Shown one piece after another: positions 20,064 to 30,272 of a DNA stretch of 64,000 nucleotides (positions within the stretch are counted from its first letter, which is position 1; each line of letters opens with the position of its first letter). Both the position numbers and the translations under genes were made by a program. The stretch is from assembly GCA_902524895.1 (NCBI GenBank), contig CABZFH010000003.1:71433-135432 (forward strand). Reading direction: 5' to 3'. The stretch is from an uncultured Alphaproteobacteria bacterium (GTDB taxonomy: Bacteria > Pseudomonadota > Alphaproteobacteria > Methylaequorales > Methylaequoraceae). The notes beneath the pieces are model-generated. The model was not told the origin of the DNA. It saw only the letters and a program-made list of their open reading frames with translations, and made no database searches.

Positions 20064-20984
20064 TTAATCAAATTTTACATGAAGTCTATTTTCTAATTTT
20101 TTTAAGGAAGAAAAAGGATTTTTTCCAATTTTAATTTGATTCTCAGTCAACTTAATACCCTCTGTGCCAAATTTATTTCTTATAGTTTTTCTTATCCATT
20201 CAATATCCTGAAAAATCCTTGTATTTTTTAAAATTCTACTATTATTAAGCCAAAGCCATCTTTTTTGAATTAAATATAATAAATCATTAATCCCCGAATT
20301 ATTTTTTGATGAAATAGGCAAGATACCAATATCCCATTCAGACTTTTCTAGTAGAAAATTTTTACTTGAAAGTAAATCTGATAGAGTAATTTGTGACAAA
20401 TCCTTCAAATCACTTTTTGTCACAACAATTATATCTGGAATCTCAATTATTCCAGATTTCATAAATTGTATCGTATCCCCACTTCCTGGTTGCACACAGT
20501 ATATAACTGTATCAACAACATCCTCAATACTTATTTCAGACTGTCCCACACCAACTGTCTCAATTATAACGATATCAAATAATGATCTCATAACTATCAT
20601 ATAGGGGTATGTAAGTTCAGAAATTCCTCCTAGATAATCCTTAGCCGCCATAGATCTAATAAATACATGAGAATCTTTTGGATCCACATCAAATCTAGCT
20701 CTGTCTCCGAGAAGTGCACCGCCAGATCTTTGAGATGAAGGATCAATTGCGAGAACTCCAACTGATAATGATTTATTCCTCAAGTTGGCAATTAATCTAT
20801 TTATCATAGATGATTTTCCAACACCAGGAGGGCCAGTAATTCCTAATACATGGGCATTTTGTTTGCTATGATATTTATCTAGTAAACTAGCTATTTTTTT
20901 TTCATCTATTCCTTTTTCAATGTTTTCTAGAACCTTTGAAAGCTTAAGTTTTTCTTTAATATTTAACTTAATCTTATTCATCAC
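20064..20984 (-). CDS. meaB: MeaB/ArgK family GTPase (methylmalonyl-CoA mutase accessory)
   Basis: GITGPPGVGKSS, LAIDPSS..SGGALLGDR, ETVGVGQSE, VVTKSD. Confidence 0.85.
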   Translation of the reverse strand: MMNKIKLNIKEKLKLSKVLENIEKGIDEKKIASLLDKYHSKQNAHVLGITGPPGVGKSSMINRLIANLRNKSLSVGVLAIDPSSQRSGGALLGDRARFDVDPKDSHVFIRSMAAKDYLGGISELTYPYMIVMRSLFDIVIIETVGVGQSEISIEDVVDTVIYCVQPGSGDTIQFMKSGIIEIPDIIVVTKSDLKDLSQITLSDLLSSKNFLLEKSEWDIGILPISSKNNSGINDLLYLIQKRWLWLNNSRILKNTRIFQDIEWIRKTIRNKFGTEGIKLTENQIKIGKNPFSSLKKLENRLHVKFD

Positions 20985-23040
20985 AGTCTTTAAGTTTTGA
21001 AAAATCGCATAATTGATTGAATGTTTTTATTGTCAATGTTAGTAAAGCTATTCTGTTATTTTTTTTTAATTTATCATCGATGTTAACCTTAACATTTTCA
21101 AAAAAAAGATTAATAATTGGAGTAAGTCCAAAGATATATTTTAGACCTTCGTCTAAATTCTTATTTAGATTTAGTTTTTCAATTTTATTTCTAATTTCCT
21201 TTACCTTATCATACAATTTTTGTTCATACTTATCGCATAATTCACTTTTCCTAATATCATTTTTTAAAACCGATTCTTTTAATATTGAGTCTATCCTTTT
21301 ATAAGCAGCTAAAAAATTTCGTCCTTCTTTTTTATTCATTAACATGCTTAAAGTTTTACTTTTGTGAAATATCATATACGGGTTTAGTTGATCAATTCTA
21401 ATGATAGAGTTTATAAAATCCTGTCTTATGCCAATAGATTGAAAATAACCAACCATTCTTACGGTAATAAATGTTGTTATTTCATCAGGAATATATTTTT
21501 TTTTGCTTGATTCATGAAGATACAATGATGATGAATAATTAAGAATTTTATAAAGATTAAAATCTATTTTATTTTCTAATAAAATACGGATTATACCTAA
21601 GGCTGATCTTCTTAAACCATATGGATCTTTTGAGCCAGTTGGTTTTTTTCCAATAAGGAATGCACCAACAATATCATCAATTTTGTTTGCTAGTGAAAGA
21701 CAAATAGATAATTCAGATTTTGGACAAAAATCTTTTGCGGATATCGGTTTATACTGCTCAGTAAGTGCATCAGATTCAATAGTGCTATATCCTTGCGATC
21801 TTGAATAGTAAGACCCAACTACGCCTTGAAGAGAAGTAAATTCTTTAACCATCTCAGTAGTCAAATCACATTTTGAAATTAAGAAAACTCTTTTAAAAAT
21901 ATCTTTAAAAGAGAAGTCAAATATTACTTTGAGATGACTTGCTAAATTCGAAATTCGTTGAGCTTTATCATGCAAAGAACCTAATCCCTCAAAATATGTT
22001 ATTTTTTTTAACATTTCTAATCTATCTATTAACTTGATCTGAAGATCTTCTCTTATATAGAATAAAGCATCTTCAAATCTTGCCTTTAACACTCTTTCAT
22101 TACCTCTTTTAATTTCATTTTTTGTATCTTTAGAATGATTACTGACAAATGCAAAAACATTACTCAATTTTCCTTTTTGATCTTTAAAAGAGAAGTAATT
22201 TTGTTGGCCAGAAATTACTGTAACAAGAAAATCTTCAGGCATAGAAAAGAATCTTTTGTCAAAAGTACCAAAAAAAATATTTGGTGATTCAACTAGTCGT
22301 GAAATAGTTTGAGTAAATTCCTCAGAAAAATTAAATTTAAGATTTAAAGAATTGGATACTTTTCTTAACTTTTCTTTTATTATTTTTTCTCTATCTTTAT
22401 TGTTTATGATAACTAACCTCTTTTCAAGTAATTTTCTGTAATTTTCAAAAGATTTACATTTAATTTTTTTTGAAGAATAATAATAATTACCTATTGTTTC
22501 ATTCGATGATTCAATTCCTGAAAATTGAAAAGGAATAATTTTGCTGTCCAATATACACAAAATATTTTTTATTGGTCTAATCCACTTTTCTCTATGATTT
22601 GACCATCTCATTGACTTTTTCCAATTAAACTCTGACAAACATTTTGGTATAAACTGAGCCAAAATTTCACTTATTTTTTTGTCTTTAATTCTTTTTTTAT
22701 AAAAATAATATTTTTTATCCTTTATAGTTTGTAAATACAGCTTTTTTCTAGAAGAAATTTCATTAGACTTTAAAAAGCCGTTAATTGCTTTCACATTTGC
22801 TGAAGCTGCTGGCCCTCTAATAAGTTTTTCTTCACCTTTCATAATGTCTGGAAGTTCTTTAACAAATAAAACTATCCTTCTTGAGGTTGAATATGTTGAG
22901 ATTTTTCTAAAAGAAATATTTTTTTCTTTAAAAAAGTTGTCAAAAAGTTCAAGCATTCTATTTTCAGCTTCAATTTGCGAAAGTTCTGGAATTTCTTCAC
23001 CATAAATTTCTAAAAGTAGATCAGACATTTTAATTTTCAA
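20974..23040 (-). CDS. glyS: glycine--tRNA ligase beta subunit
   Basis: 688 aa; LLLEIYGEEIP at the N-terminus, PTGSKDPYGLRR. Overlaps glyQ by 11 nt. Confidence 0.93.
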   Translation of the reverse strand: MKIKMSDLLLEIYGEEIPELSQIEAENRMLELFDNFFKEKNISFRKISTYSTSRRIVLFVKELPDIMKGEEKLIRGPAASANVKAINGFLKSNEISSRKKLYLQTIKDKKYYFYKKRIKDKKISEILAQFIPKCLSEFNWKKSMRWSNHREKWIRPIKNILCILDSKIIPFQFSGIESSNETIGNYYYSSKKIKCKSFENYRKLLEKRLVIINNKDREKIIKEKLRKVSNSLNLKFNFSEEFTQTISRLVESPNIFFGTFDKRFFSMPEDFLVTVISGQQNYFSFKDQKGKLSNVFAFVSNHSKDTKNEIKRGNERVLKARFEDALFYIREDLQIKLIDRLEMLKKITYFEGLGSLHDKAQRISNLASHLKVIFDFSFKDIFKRVFLISKCDLTTEMVKEFTSLQGVVGSYYSRSQGYSTIESDALTEQYKPISAKDFCPKSELSICLSLANKIDDIVGAFLIGKKPTGSKDPYGLRRSALGIIRILLENKIDFNLYKILNYSSSLYLHESSKKKYIPDEITTFITVRMVGYFQSIGIRQDFINSIIRIDQLNPYMIFHKSKTLSMLMNKKEGRNFLAAYKRIDSILKESVLKNDIRKSELCDKYEQKLYDKVKEIRNKIEKLNLNKNLDEGLKYIFGLTPIINLFFENVKVNIDDKLKKNNRIALLTLTIKTFNQLCDFSKLKDCDE

Positions 23041-23872
23041 TCCATGATTTACAACATAATCTAGCTAAATTTCTCACCTTTAAAATATATGCTTGTCTTT
23101 CTGAAACTGATATCAAACCTCTAGAATCCATGAGATTGAATATATGGCTAGCCTTAATACAATGTTCATATGCGGGAAGTAGTAGATTAAGTTTAACCAG
23201 CCTAATGCAGTCCTTTTCATAACTTTCAAAAAACGTAAACAATAAATCAGGTGAAGCAGAGGTAAAATTATATTCTGAAAATTCTTTTTCATTTAACATG
23301 AACAGGTCAGAATATTTCGTTCCATTACTGTCCCATTCAATATCAAAAACATTATCAATCTTTTGTATAAACATTGCTATTCTTTCTAATCCATATGTAA
23401 ATTCAACACTCACTGGGAAACATTCAAAGCCTCCGACTTGTTGAAAATAAGTGTATTGACAAATCTCCATACCATTGCATTGAACCTCCCAACCCATACC
23501 TGCAGCTCCAAGAGTAGGACTTTCCCAATCATCCTCTATAAACTTTATATCATTCGTAGATGAATCTATATTTATGGAGTTTAGACTTTTTAGAAATAAT
23601 TCTTGTGAATCTTGAGGTGATGGTTTCAATAAAACTTGCATCTGATAATAATGTTGTAAACGGTTAGGGTTATTGCCATATCTGCCATCGCTAGGTCTTC
23701 TACAAGGTTGTATATATACTGCTTTCCATGGATCTTTTCCCAAGCTTTTCAAACAAGTTGCAGGATGAAATGTAGCAGCTCCCATTTCTAAATCGTAAGG
23801 TTGTAAAACTACACAACCCTCATCAGACCAAAATTTTTGAAGTTTTGAAATTATTTTTTGAAAACTTAACAT
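23030..23872 (-). CDS. glyQ: glycine--tRNA ligase alpha subunit
   Basis: FQ.II..L..FW...GC...QPYD.E.GA.TFHP, QPCRRP.DGRYG.NPNRLQHYYQ.QV. Confidence 0.95.
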   Translation of the reverse strand: MLSFQKIISKLQKFWSDEGCVVLQPYDLEMGAATFHPATCLKSLGKDPWKAVYIQPCRRPSDGRYGNNPNRLQHYYQMQVLLKPSPQDSQELFLKSLNSINIDSSTNDIKFIEDDWESPTLGAAGMGWEVQCNGMEICQYTYFQQVGGFECFPVSVEFTYGLERIAMFIQKIDNVFDIEWDSNGTKYSDLFMLNEKEFSEYNFTSASPDLLFTFFESYEKDCIRLVKLNLLLPAYEHCIKASHIFNLMDSRGLISVSERQAYILKVRNLARLCCKSWIEN

Positions 23873-23994
23873 AATTTTTAATTTTTATTTATTCAGTTTG
23901 TTGAAAAATATCATTATAAGTAAATATATATTAAAATAAACGATTTATAGTTAAAAGATTTTATAATGATTAGAAACCAATAACTTTAAAAGAA

Positions 23995-25017
23995 ATGCAA
24001 AATTTAAAATTAATTAAAGATTCTAAATATTCAGGTGATAAATCAAATTATAATTCAATCATGAAATGGTTAAATCAAGACTTTCAGAAAGTTAACGATG
24101 TAATTTTAGCCAACATGAAGAGTAAAGTTCCTCTTATCTCTCAACTTAGTGGATATATAATCTCATCAGGAGGAAAAAGGATACGTCCATTACTCACACT
24201 CGCAACCTCAAAGTTGTGTAAATATAATGGTGAAAGACATATTAATCTTGCTGCTAGCATTGAATTTATTCATACTGCTACTCTTCTTCATGACGATGTT
24301 GTAGATGAAAGTATGAATAGGAGAGGACAAATCAGCGCTCATAATGTTTGGAACAATAAATCTTGTATACTAGTCGGAGATTTTTTACTTAGTAAAGCTT
24401 TTAGACTAATGATTAAAGATGGTTCTAATAGATGTCTTGACACATTATCTAAAGCTTCAGTTGAAATCTCTCAAGGTGAGGTTTTGCAACTTTTAACTAA
24501 CAATAACATTAGAACTTCAGAGTCTCAATATTTTGACGTAATAAATGCCAAGACAGCTGCACTTTTTTCAGCTGCATGTGTCACAAGTGCTATAATTTCT
24601 GAAATGAATAAAGAAAAAGAAATTGCACTTTATGAGTATGGTAAATATCTTGGTACCGCATTTCAAATAACAGACGATACTTTTGATTATTACTCGAGTT
24701 ACAAAAACTTAGGCAAAGATATAGGCGATGACTTTAAGGAGGGAAAAGTTTCTTTGCCTATAATATTGGCTTTCAACAGAAGCAATGAACATGAGAAAAA
24801 ATTTTGGTTGAGAGTGATTAATGAAAAAAAACAAAAGAATAATGATCTTTCAACTGCATTAGACATAATTGAAAAACACAATGTAATAAAAGATTGTTTC
24901 AGTAAAGCTAGACATTTTGCGACTATGGCAAAAGACTCATTAGGACCATTTGAAAATTCATATGAAAAGGAAAAGCTTTTACACCTTGCTGATTTTTCTG
25001 TAGATAGATCGGGTTAA
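23995..25017 (+). CDS. ispB: polyprenyl diphosphate synthase (octaprenyl-type)
   Basis: GGKRIRP, TLLHDDVVDES (first DDxxD), FQITDDTFDY (second). Confidence 0.85.
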   Translation: MQNLKLIKDSKYSGDKSNYNSIMKWLNQDFQKVNDVILANMKSKVPLISQLSGYIISSGGKRIRPLLTLATSKLCKYNGERHINLAASIEFIHTATLLHDDVVDESMNRRGQISAHNVWNNKSCILVGDFLLSKAFRLMIKDGSNRCLDTLSKASVEISQGEVLQLLTNNNIRTSESQYFDVINAKTAALFSAACVTSAIISEMNKEKEIALYEYGKYLGTAFQITDDTFDYYSSYKNLGKDIGDDFKEGKVSLPIILAFNRSNEHEKKFWLRVINEKKQKNNDLSTALDIIEKHNVIKDCFSKARHFATMAKDSLGPFENSYEKEKLLHLADFSVDRSG

Positions 25018-25204
25018 TTGGAATAAAAATTGCTTTTGTTCACTATGATGAAAATTAGAGTTCTTAGTCAAAAGCAATATATCAAAGTAAAACTTTTAGA
25101 ATTTGTTACAAAACAATATCTTATTATTTCGATTATTTCTTCAATTAGTATTTTTTTGATATAATTTTGGTTTAATATTTTCAAATTATGATTAATTATA
25201 TTGT

Positions 25205-26542
25205 ATGGAAGAAAATAATAAATTTTCTAAAAGACTAAAAAGATATGCCAACCTTGGATCTTCAGCTGGCATTATGGCCTTAAAGTTTGCAGGATCAAAA
25301 TTTCTTAAGAATTCAAAAAATCGAATAACCGCTAATCAAATAACAGAAATGTTAGGTGAGTTAAAAGGTCCGGTTATGAAGATTGCTCAACTTATTTCGA
25401 CAGTACCAGATCTACTGCCTCAAGAATACATGCAAGCACTTGCACAACTTCAATCCAATGCACCGCCTATGGGTTGGAATTTTGTTAGAAGAAGGATGAA
25501 AAATGAGCTTGGTTTTAATTGGCAAAGAAACTTTAATCATTTTGAAAAAGAACCATTTGCTGCTGCATCTCTTGGCCAAGTTCATAAAGCTAATATCGAA
25601 AAAGATGAATCAGTAGTTTGTAAACTACAATATCCTGATATGGCATCAATTGTAGAAGCAGACATCTCACAACTCAAACTTATATTTTCAATATATAAAA
25701 AAATAGACTCAAGTATTGATACCACTAATATATTAACAGAAATTTCTAATAGAGTGAGAGAAGAACTTGACTATAAAAGAGAAATTAAAAATTTAAAACT
25801 TTATGGAAACCTTTTTAAAAAAAATGCTCAAATAAATGTTCCTAAAGTTTATGATCGTCTATCTACAAATAAATTAATTTCCATGAAATGCTTAGACGGC
25901 AAAAAATTATTATCATATAAAAATGAGAAGCATGAAATAAGAAAATTGATAGCTGTTAATATGTTTCATGCATGGTATCTTCCATTTTACAAATGCGCAA
26001 TAATTCACGGTGACCCACATCTTGGAAACTACTCTGTTGCATCTAATCACTCAATAAATTTATTAGATTTTGGTTGTGTTAGGATCTTTGATCCAAAATT
26101 TGTTAAAGGAGTTATTGATTTGTATCATGCAATTTTAAATGAGGATCAAGAATTAGCTGTGCACGCCTATGAAACATGGGGATTTGAAAATATTTCAAAG
26201 GAATTAATTGATATACTCAACATTTGGGCAAAATTTCTGTATTCACCACTCCTTGAAAATAAAGTTAGGAAAATGCAAGATACTAACTCAACTGCATATG
26301 GTGCCGAGGCGGCTTCGAAAGTTCACAAAGAACTTAAAAGAATTGGAGGTGTTAAACCTCCTCAAGAGTTTGTATTTATGGATCGCGCAGCAATTGGTCT
26401 TGGATCAGTTTTTCTTCATTTAGATGCAGAAATTAATTGGTATAAACTTTTTAATGATTTAATAAAAGGTTTTGATATCAACAAAGTTAAAACTTTTCAA
26501 AAAGAACAATTAAATATTGTAAAACTTAGAAATATTCATTAA
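25205..26542 (+). CDS. ubiB: ABC1/UbiB-family atypical kinase
   Basis: GPVMKIAQLIST, FAAASLGQVHKA, IIHGDPHLGN. Confidence 0.8.
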   Translation: MEENNKFSKRLKRYANLGSSAGIMALKFAGSKFLKNSKNRITANQITEMLGELKGPVMKIAQLISTVPDLLPQEYMQALAQLQSNAPPMGWNFVRRRMKNELGFNWQRNFNHFEKEPFAAASLGQVHKANIEKDESVVCKLQYPDMASIVEADISQLKLIFSIYKKIDSSIDTTNILTEISNRVREELDYKREIKNLKLYGNLFKKNAQINVPKVYDRLSTNKLISMKCLDGKKLLSYKNEKHEIRKLIAVNMFHAWYLPFYKCAIIHGDPHLGNYSVASNHSINLLDFGCVRIFDPKFVKGVIDLYHAILNEDQELAVHAYETWGFENISKELIDILNIWAKFLYSPLLENKVRKMQDTNSTAYGAEAASKVHKELKRIGGVKPPQEFVFMDRAAIGLGSVFLHLDAEINWYKLFNDLIKGFDINKVKTFQKEQLNIVKLRNIH

Positions 26543-27101
26543 TTTTCTTACCATAAAATTCTGCTTTAGATAACCATTTATCTAGTTCTACCATAGTTTT
26601 ACTCATTTCAGATGATTGATCATCTAACCATACTTTAAAAACATAACTATAAATTATAAAAATGATATTTACTTTTATAAAATCCATTAAGTAATTATTC
26701 TTTACATTCGCTATTTCTAAAAATAAATCCATAGAATCCAAAACTTTCCTCATAATTTTTTTAAGTTCTACTGGTGATTTTTTTAAATCCGATAAGAGAA
26801 TTTTTAAACCAGTTTTAAAATGATTTAAATTTTCAAACCTTAACATTATTAATTCAAATAGATTGTCTTTAATAGAATTTTTATTAAATTCATCTTTGTC
26901 TATATTAGCTAAAACTTTATTATCAATCATTTCGCTAAATGACTCTAAAAACTGAGATTTATTCTTAAAAAAAATTTTTATTGATTCTAAATCAGATTTG
27001 TTTTCTTTAGCCAAATTTTTTAATGAAAAATATGACCAACCCTTTTTTTCAATTAGTTTAAATCCAAGGATTATTAGTTTCTCTTTTTTATTTTCCACCA
27101 T
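26526..27101 (-). CDS. TetR-fold, COQ9-like (rpsU-divergently-transcribed type) protein, tentative
   Basis: N-terminal HTH-like segment (IILGFKLIEKKGWSYFSLKNLAKE). Position next to ispB/ubiB. Family assignment rests on weak similarity. Confidence 0.4.
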   Translation of the reverse strand: MVENKKEKLIILGFKLIEKKGWSYFSLKNLAKENKSDLESIKIFFKNKSQFLESFSEMIDNKVLANIDKDEFNKNSIKDNLFELIMLRFENLNHFKTGLKILLSDLKKSPVELKKIMRKVLDSMDLFLEIANVKNNYLMDFIKVNIIFIIYSYVFKVWLDDQSSEMSKTMVELDKWLSKAEFYGKKINEYF

Positions 27102-27197
27102 AACACTTTATACAATTTAAAAGTTGTATTTAATCTATATATATATATCATAATTAAGAATTTTATTAATCATATTATTTGAATCAAGAGTATATAC

Positions 27198-27710
27198 ATG
27201 GATATCTCTACATTAGAGACATACATATCAAAAGTTCCCGATTATCCGAAAAAAGGAATTTTATTTTATGATATATCTACACTCCTAACTGATAAATTAG
27301 CGTTTAAAAGTTCAATTGAAAAAATGTCAGAATGTCTTAAAAATTATGATATTGATAAAGTTGCGGCCATAGATGCTCGTGGCTTTATATTTGGATCTGC
27401 TATTGCAAAAGTATTAAATTTAGGTCTTATAATGATTAGGAAAAAAAACAAATTACCAGGAGAAGTAATAAGTTATAATTATGAACTTGAATATGGTTCT
27501 GATTGTTTAGAAGTTAAATCTAACTTTCAAGGAATTAATGTTGCTTTAGTAGATGATTTATTAGCAACAGGTGGAACAGCAAAAGCAGCTTGTGAGCTTA
27601 TAAAAAAAGCTGGTGGATCTGTGAAATGTTTTTGTACCTTAATTGAACTTGAGTTTTTATCAGGTAGAAAATTAATAAGTGTTCCATTAGAAACTTTAAT
27701 TAAGTATTAA
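27198..27710 (+). CDS. apt: adenine phosphoribosyltransferase
   Basis: YPKKGILFYDISTLL, ARGFIFG, VALVDDLLATGGTA. Confidence 0.9.
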   Translation: MDISTLETYISKVPDYPKKGILFYDISTLLTDKLAFKSSIEKMSECLKNYDIDKVAAIDARGFIFGSAIAKVLNLGLIMIRKKNKLPGEVISYNYELEYGSDCLEVKSNFQGINVALVDDLLATGGTAKAACELIKKAGGSVKCFCTLIELEFLSGRKLISVPLETLIKY

Positions 27711-27714
27711 GATA

Positions 27715-28425
27715 ATGACTCGAGATCACAAATTATTCCTTAAATGGCTACTACAGTTTAGTTTGATTTTTTTCTTTTTTTATTTTATCTGGGATCAAGG
27801 TCTTATAGGCATGGTATTGTTAACTGATAAGAGTTATATAACAAGCACTATATTATTTCTTTTTCTTCTAATTTGTTCTCATTGTGGCTACTTCACTTAT
27901 TTGATTTCTTCAGAATTAAATAAAGCTCATATTATTAAAAAAAATCTTCTCAAACAAAATGTAAAACTCAAAGTTATTGACAATCGTTTAATATTAACTT
28001 CTAAAGGTGAAATTGCTTCTGGAATTGTTTCTGATTATTTTATAGATATTATCAATCTTAAAAAGAAAGATTCTGATAATCAAAACAAGATTTTGGATTC
28101 GTATATTCAAAAATCAAACGGATACTATGAACTAGGTTGGTTTAGTGCTGATCTAATGTTAAAATTGGGCTTAATAGGTACAGTTATAGGTTTTATTATA
28201 ATGCTCGGATCATTATCGAATATTACAACTTTTGATGTAACCCTTTTACAAGGAGTGCTGACAACAATGGGAAGTGGAATGGGTGTTGCATTATACACAA
28301 CATTATCTGCATTAGTTACTGGGGTTTTTATAGCAATTCAATATTTCAACTTGGAAAGCGGATGTGAAGAATTGTTTTCTGTCATCAACCAAATTTCCGA
28401 GGTAAGTTTAGATAATAAAAAATAA
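27715..28425 (+). CDS. MotA/TolQ/ExbB-family proton-channel protein
   Basis: C-terminal LGLIGTVIGFI..MGSGMGVALYTTLSALVTGV, the family signature. N-terminal TM segments. Confidence 0.7.
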   Translation: MTRDHKLFLKWLLQFSLIFFFFYFIWDQGLIGMVLLTDKSYITSTILFLFLLICSHCGYFTYLISSELNKAHIIKKNLLKQNVKLKVIDNRLILTSKGEIASGIVSDYFIDIINLKKKDSDNQNKILDSYIQKSNGYYELGWFSADLMLKLGLIGTVIGFIIMLGSLSNITTFDVTLLQGVLTTMGSGMGVALYTTLSALVTGVFIAIQYFNLESGCEELFSVINQISEVSLDNKK

Positions 28426-28428
28426 ATT

Positions 28429-29025
28429 ATGGCTTACTCAGGAAGAAGAATTAAAGCTGATCCATTCACAGATTTATTATTTAACATTCTGTTGGCTTTT
28501 ACGTTGTTAATGTTTCTAGCAATTATTTTTATGAACCCTATTCCGAAAACTGGGGTAATAAACCCGAAGGCTGAATATATTATTACTGTTAGTTGGAAAG
28601 ACAATAGTCCAGACGATATAGATACTTATGTTCAAAGTCCAACTGGAGATTTAGTTTGGTTTAGAGGAACAGAGGCTGGTTTCGTGCATCTTGACAGAGA
28701 TGACAGAGGTTTGTTAAATGATACTATAATGATCAATGGAGAAGAAGTGCAAAATCCTCTAAATCAAGAGGTTGTGACGTTAAGGGCTGTAGTTCCAGGC
28801 GAATATATTGTTAATATTCATTATTACGCGACTAAAACCAATCAACCTGTGGATGTGAATGTTAAAGTTGAGAAAGTAAATCCTCAGCTTGAAGTTATTT
28901 ATTATGGAACCATACCACTAGAAAAAAAAGGAGTAGAAAAAACTGCCACTAGGTTTAATATAACTCAAGACGGAAAGGTAACAGTCAGTGGAAATTTATT
29001 TAAACAATTAGTCCCTAATAAATAA
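28429..29025 (+). CDS. membrane-anchored protein with ExbD/TolR-like N-terminal anchor and unknown periplasmic domain
   Basis: KADPFTDLLFNILLAFTLLMFLAIIF resembles the ExbD/TolR P-x-x-D-hydrophobic anchor. The remaining approx. 150 aa are not recognised. 3-nt spacer after the MotA-like gene. Confidence 0.45.
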   Translation: MAYSGRRIKADPFTDLLFNILLAFTLLMFLAIIFMNPIPKTGVINPKAEYIITVSWKDNSPDDIDTYVQSPTGDLVWFRGTEAGFVHLDRDDRGLLNDTIMINGEEVQNPLNQEVVTLRAVVPGEYIVNIHYYATKTNQPVDVNVKVEKVNPQLEVIYYGTIPLEKKGVEKTATRFNITQDGKVTVSGNLFKQLVPNK

Positions 29026-29040
29026 AAAAATGGAGTCAAG

Positions 29041-29565
29041 ATGAGTACAACAATTTTATCAATAGTAGTTAGCTATGTAATATTAGGTCTTTTACTATTA
29101 ATTTTCAATTTAAAAACAAGTTATCACTGGTTAGTAAAATCAATAATGATAGTCTCAGTAACTTTTTTTTATATATTAACTTACAATTCTTTTAAAGAAA
29201 TATTAGGTTGGCCAACAAAAGGTAATTTGCCTGAGAGATTCAGACTAGTTGGTGCACAAATTTATGAACCTAATGCAGTTACCAATTCTGAGGGTGCCAT
29301 ATATATTTGGATAACAAATATGAATGAGAAGGCCGGACTTGGAATACCTCGATCATTCGCTCTTCCTTATAATAAAGAAAGACACGAGAGAATATCCAAA
29401 GCTACTGTAAATTTAAAAAATGGAATTCCTCAAATGGGAGAAATTGTAGAAGAGGAAAAAGAGACAGGTATAATTAGCAAGGCATTAGAGAAAAAGAAGA
29501 CAATAGCAAGTAGTACAAAGGTAAAGTTTTTTGATATGCCTAATCAATTACTTCCAGAAAAATGA
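29041..29565 (+). CDS. membrane protein (2 TM plus soluble C-terminus), hypothetical
   Basis: 174-aa ORF in an operon-like arrangement, with a 4-nt overlap onto the next gene. Confidence 0.5.
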   Translation: MSTTILSIVVSYVILGLLLLIFNLKTSYHWLVKSIMIVSVTFFYILTYNSFKEILGWPTKGNLPERFRLVGAQIYEPNAVTNSEGAIYIWITNMNEKAGLGIPRSFALPYNKERHERISKATVNLKNGIPQMGEIVEEEKETGIISKALEKKKTIASSTKVKFFDMPNQLLPEK

Positions 29566-30272
29566 TTAACCATATTAATAAATTTTTTATTTTAATATCT
29601 ACATTTTATTTTTTAAGTTGTTCCTCAGAAAAACAAGAATATTTTCCATTAAATGCAGGAAAAGTTTGGAATTATGATGTGACTATTAACCCAGGTGTTG
29701 AGGAAAAAGTAAAATATAAAAAAACAAATTTTAGTCTTAAAAAACAAAAAATTCTTTTTAAAGGTGAAGAGTTTTTGATGCAACCAATAGTTAGAGAAGA
29801 TAATAGCATTTATTATTATTCAAAAAATAAAAACGGTGTTTTACGAAAAGGTATTCAATTCAATGGAAATCCTAATATCAAATTTGAGCAGGATGAAAAG
29901 TATGTTCTTAAATATCCAATTAAAATTGGTACGGAATGGAACGCTCAAAGTAAAACATATTTGATTCTTAGACGTTATGCTTATTTTGATTATAGGGCTA
30001 CCACTAATTTTGATATTAAATATAAAGTTTCTTCTATTAATGAAACAGTTAAGGTGCCAGCGGGTAGATTTAAAAATTGTATAAAAATTTCTGGAAATGG
30101 TAATACAACTTTTATAGGTGATAGAGAAATTGGTTCAATCAATATTGAAATTAAAACAGAAGATTGGTACGCTCCAAAAATTGGTTTAATAAAAAGTATA
30201 AGATTAGAAAAAACTGATACTGAACTTTTTGGAACTAGTAAAATGGTGCAGGTATTAGATGATTATAAATAA
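29562..30272 (+). CDS. lipoprotein of unknown function (paralog of 4010..4696)
   Basis: Signal peptide with lipobox FYFLSC. C-terminal similarity to the 4010 protein. Confidence 0.6.
   Translation: MINHINKFFILISTFYFLSCSSEKQEYFPLNAGKVWNYDVTINPGVEEKVKYKKTNFSLKKQKILFKGEEFLMQPIVREDNSIYYYSKNKNGVLRKGIQFNGNPNIKFEQDEKYVLKYPIKIGTEWNAQSKTYLILRRYAYFDYRATTNFDIKYKVSSINETVKVPAGRFKNCIKISGNGNTTFIGDREIGSINIEIKTEDWYAPKIGLIKSIRLEKTDTELFGTSKMVQVLDDYK

Noticed and set aside
25018-25204. A 39-codon ORF (MMKIRVLSQKQYIK..) in the ispB-ubiB spacer
   Set aside because: It has no SD or coupling geometry and a hydrophobic low-complexity tail. The evidence is insufficient.
27136-27148. A (TA)6 microsatellite between the COQ9-like gene and apt
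   Set aside because: It is short, sits in a divergent promoter region of AT-rich DNA, and nothing suggests function beyond a possible -10-like element.
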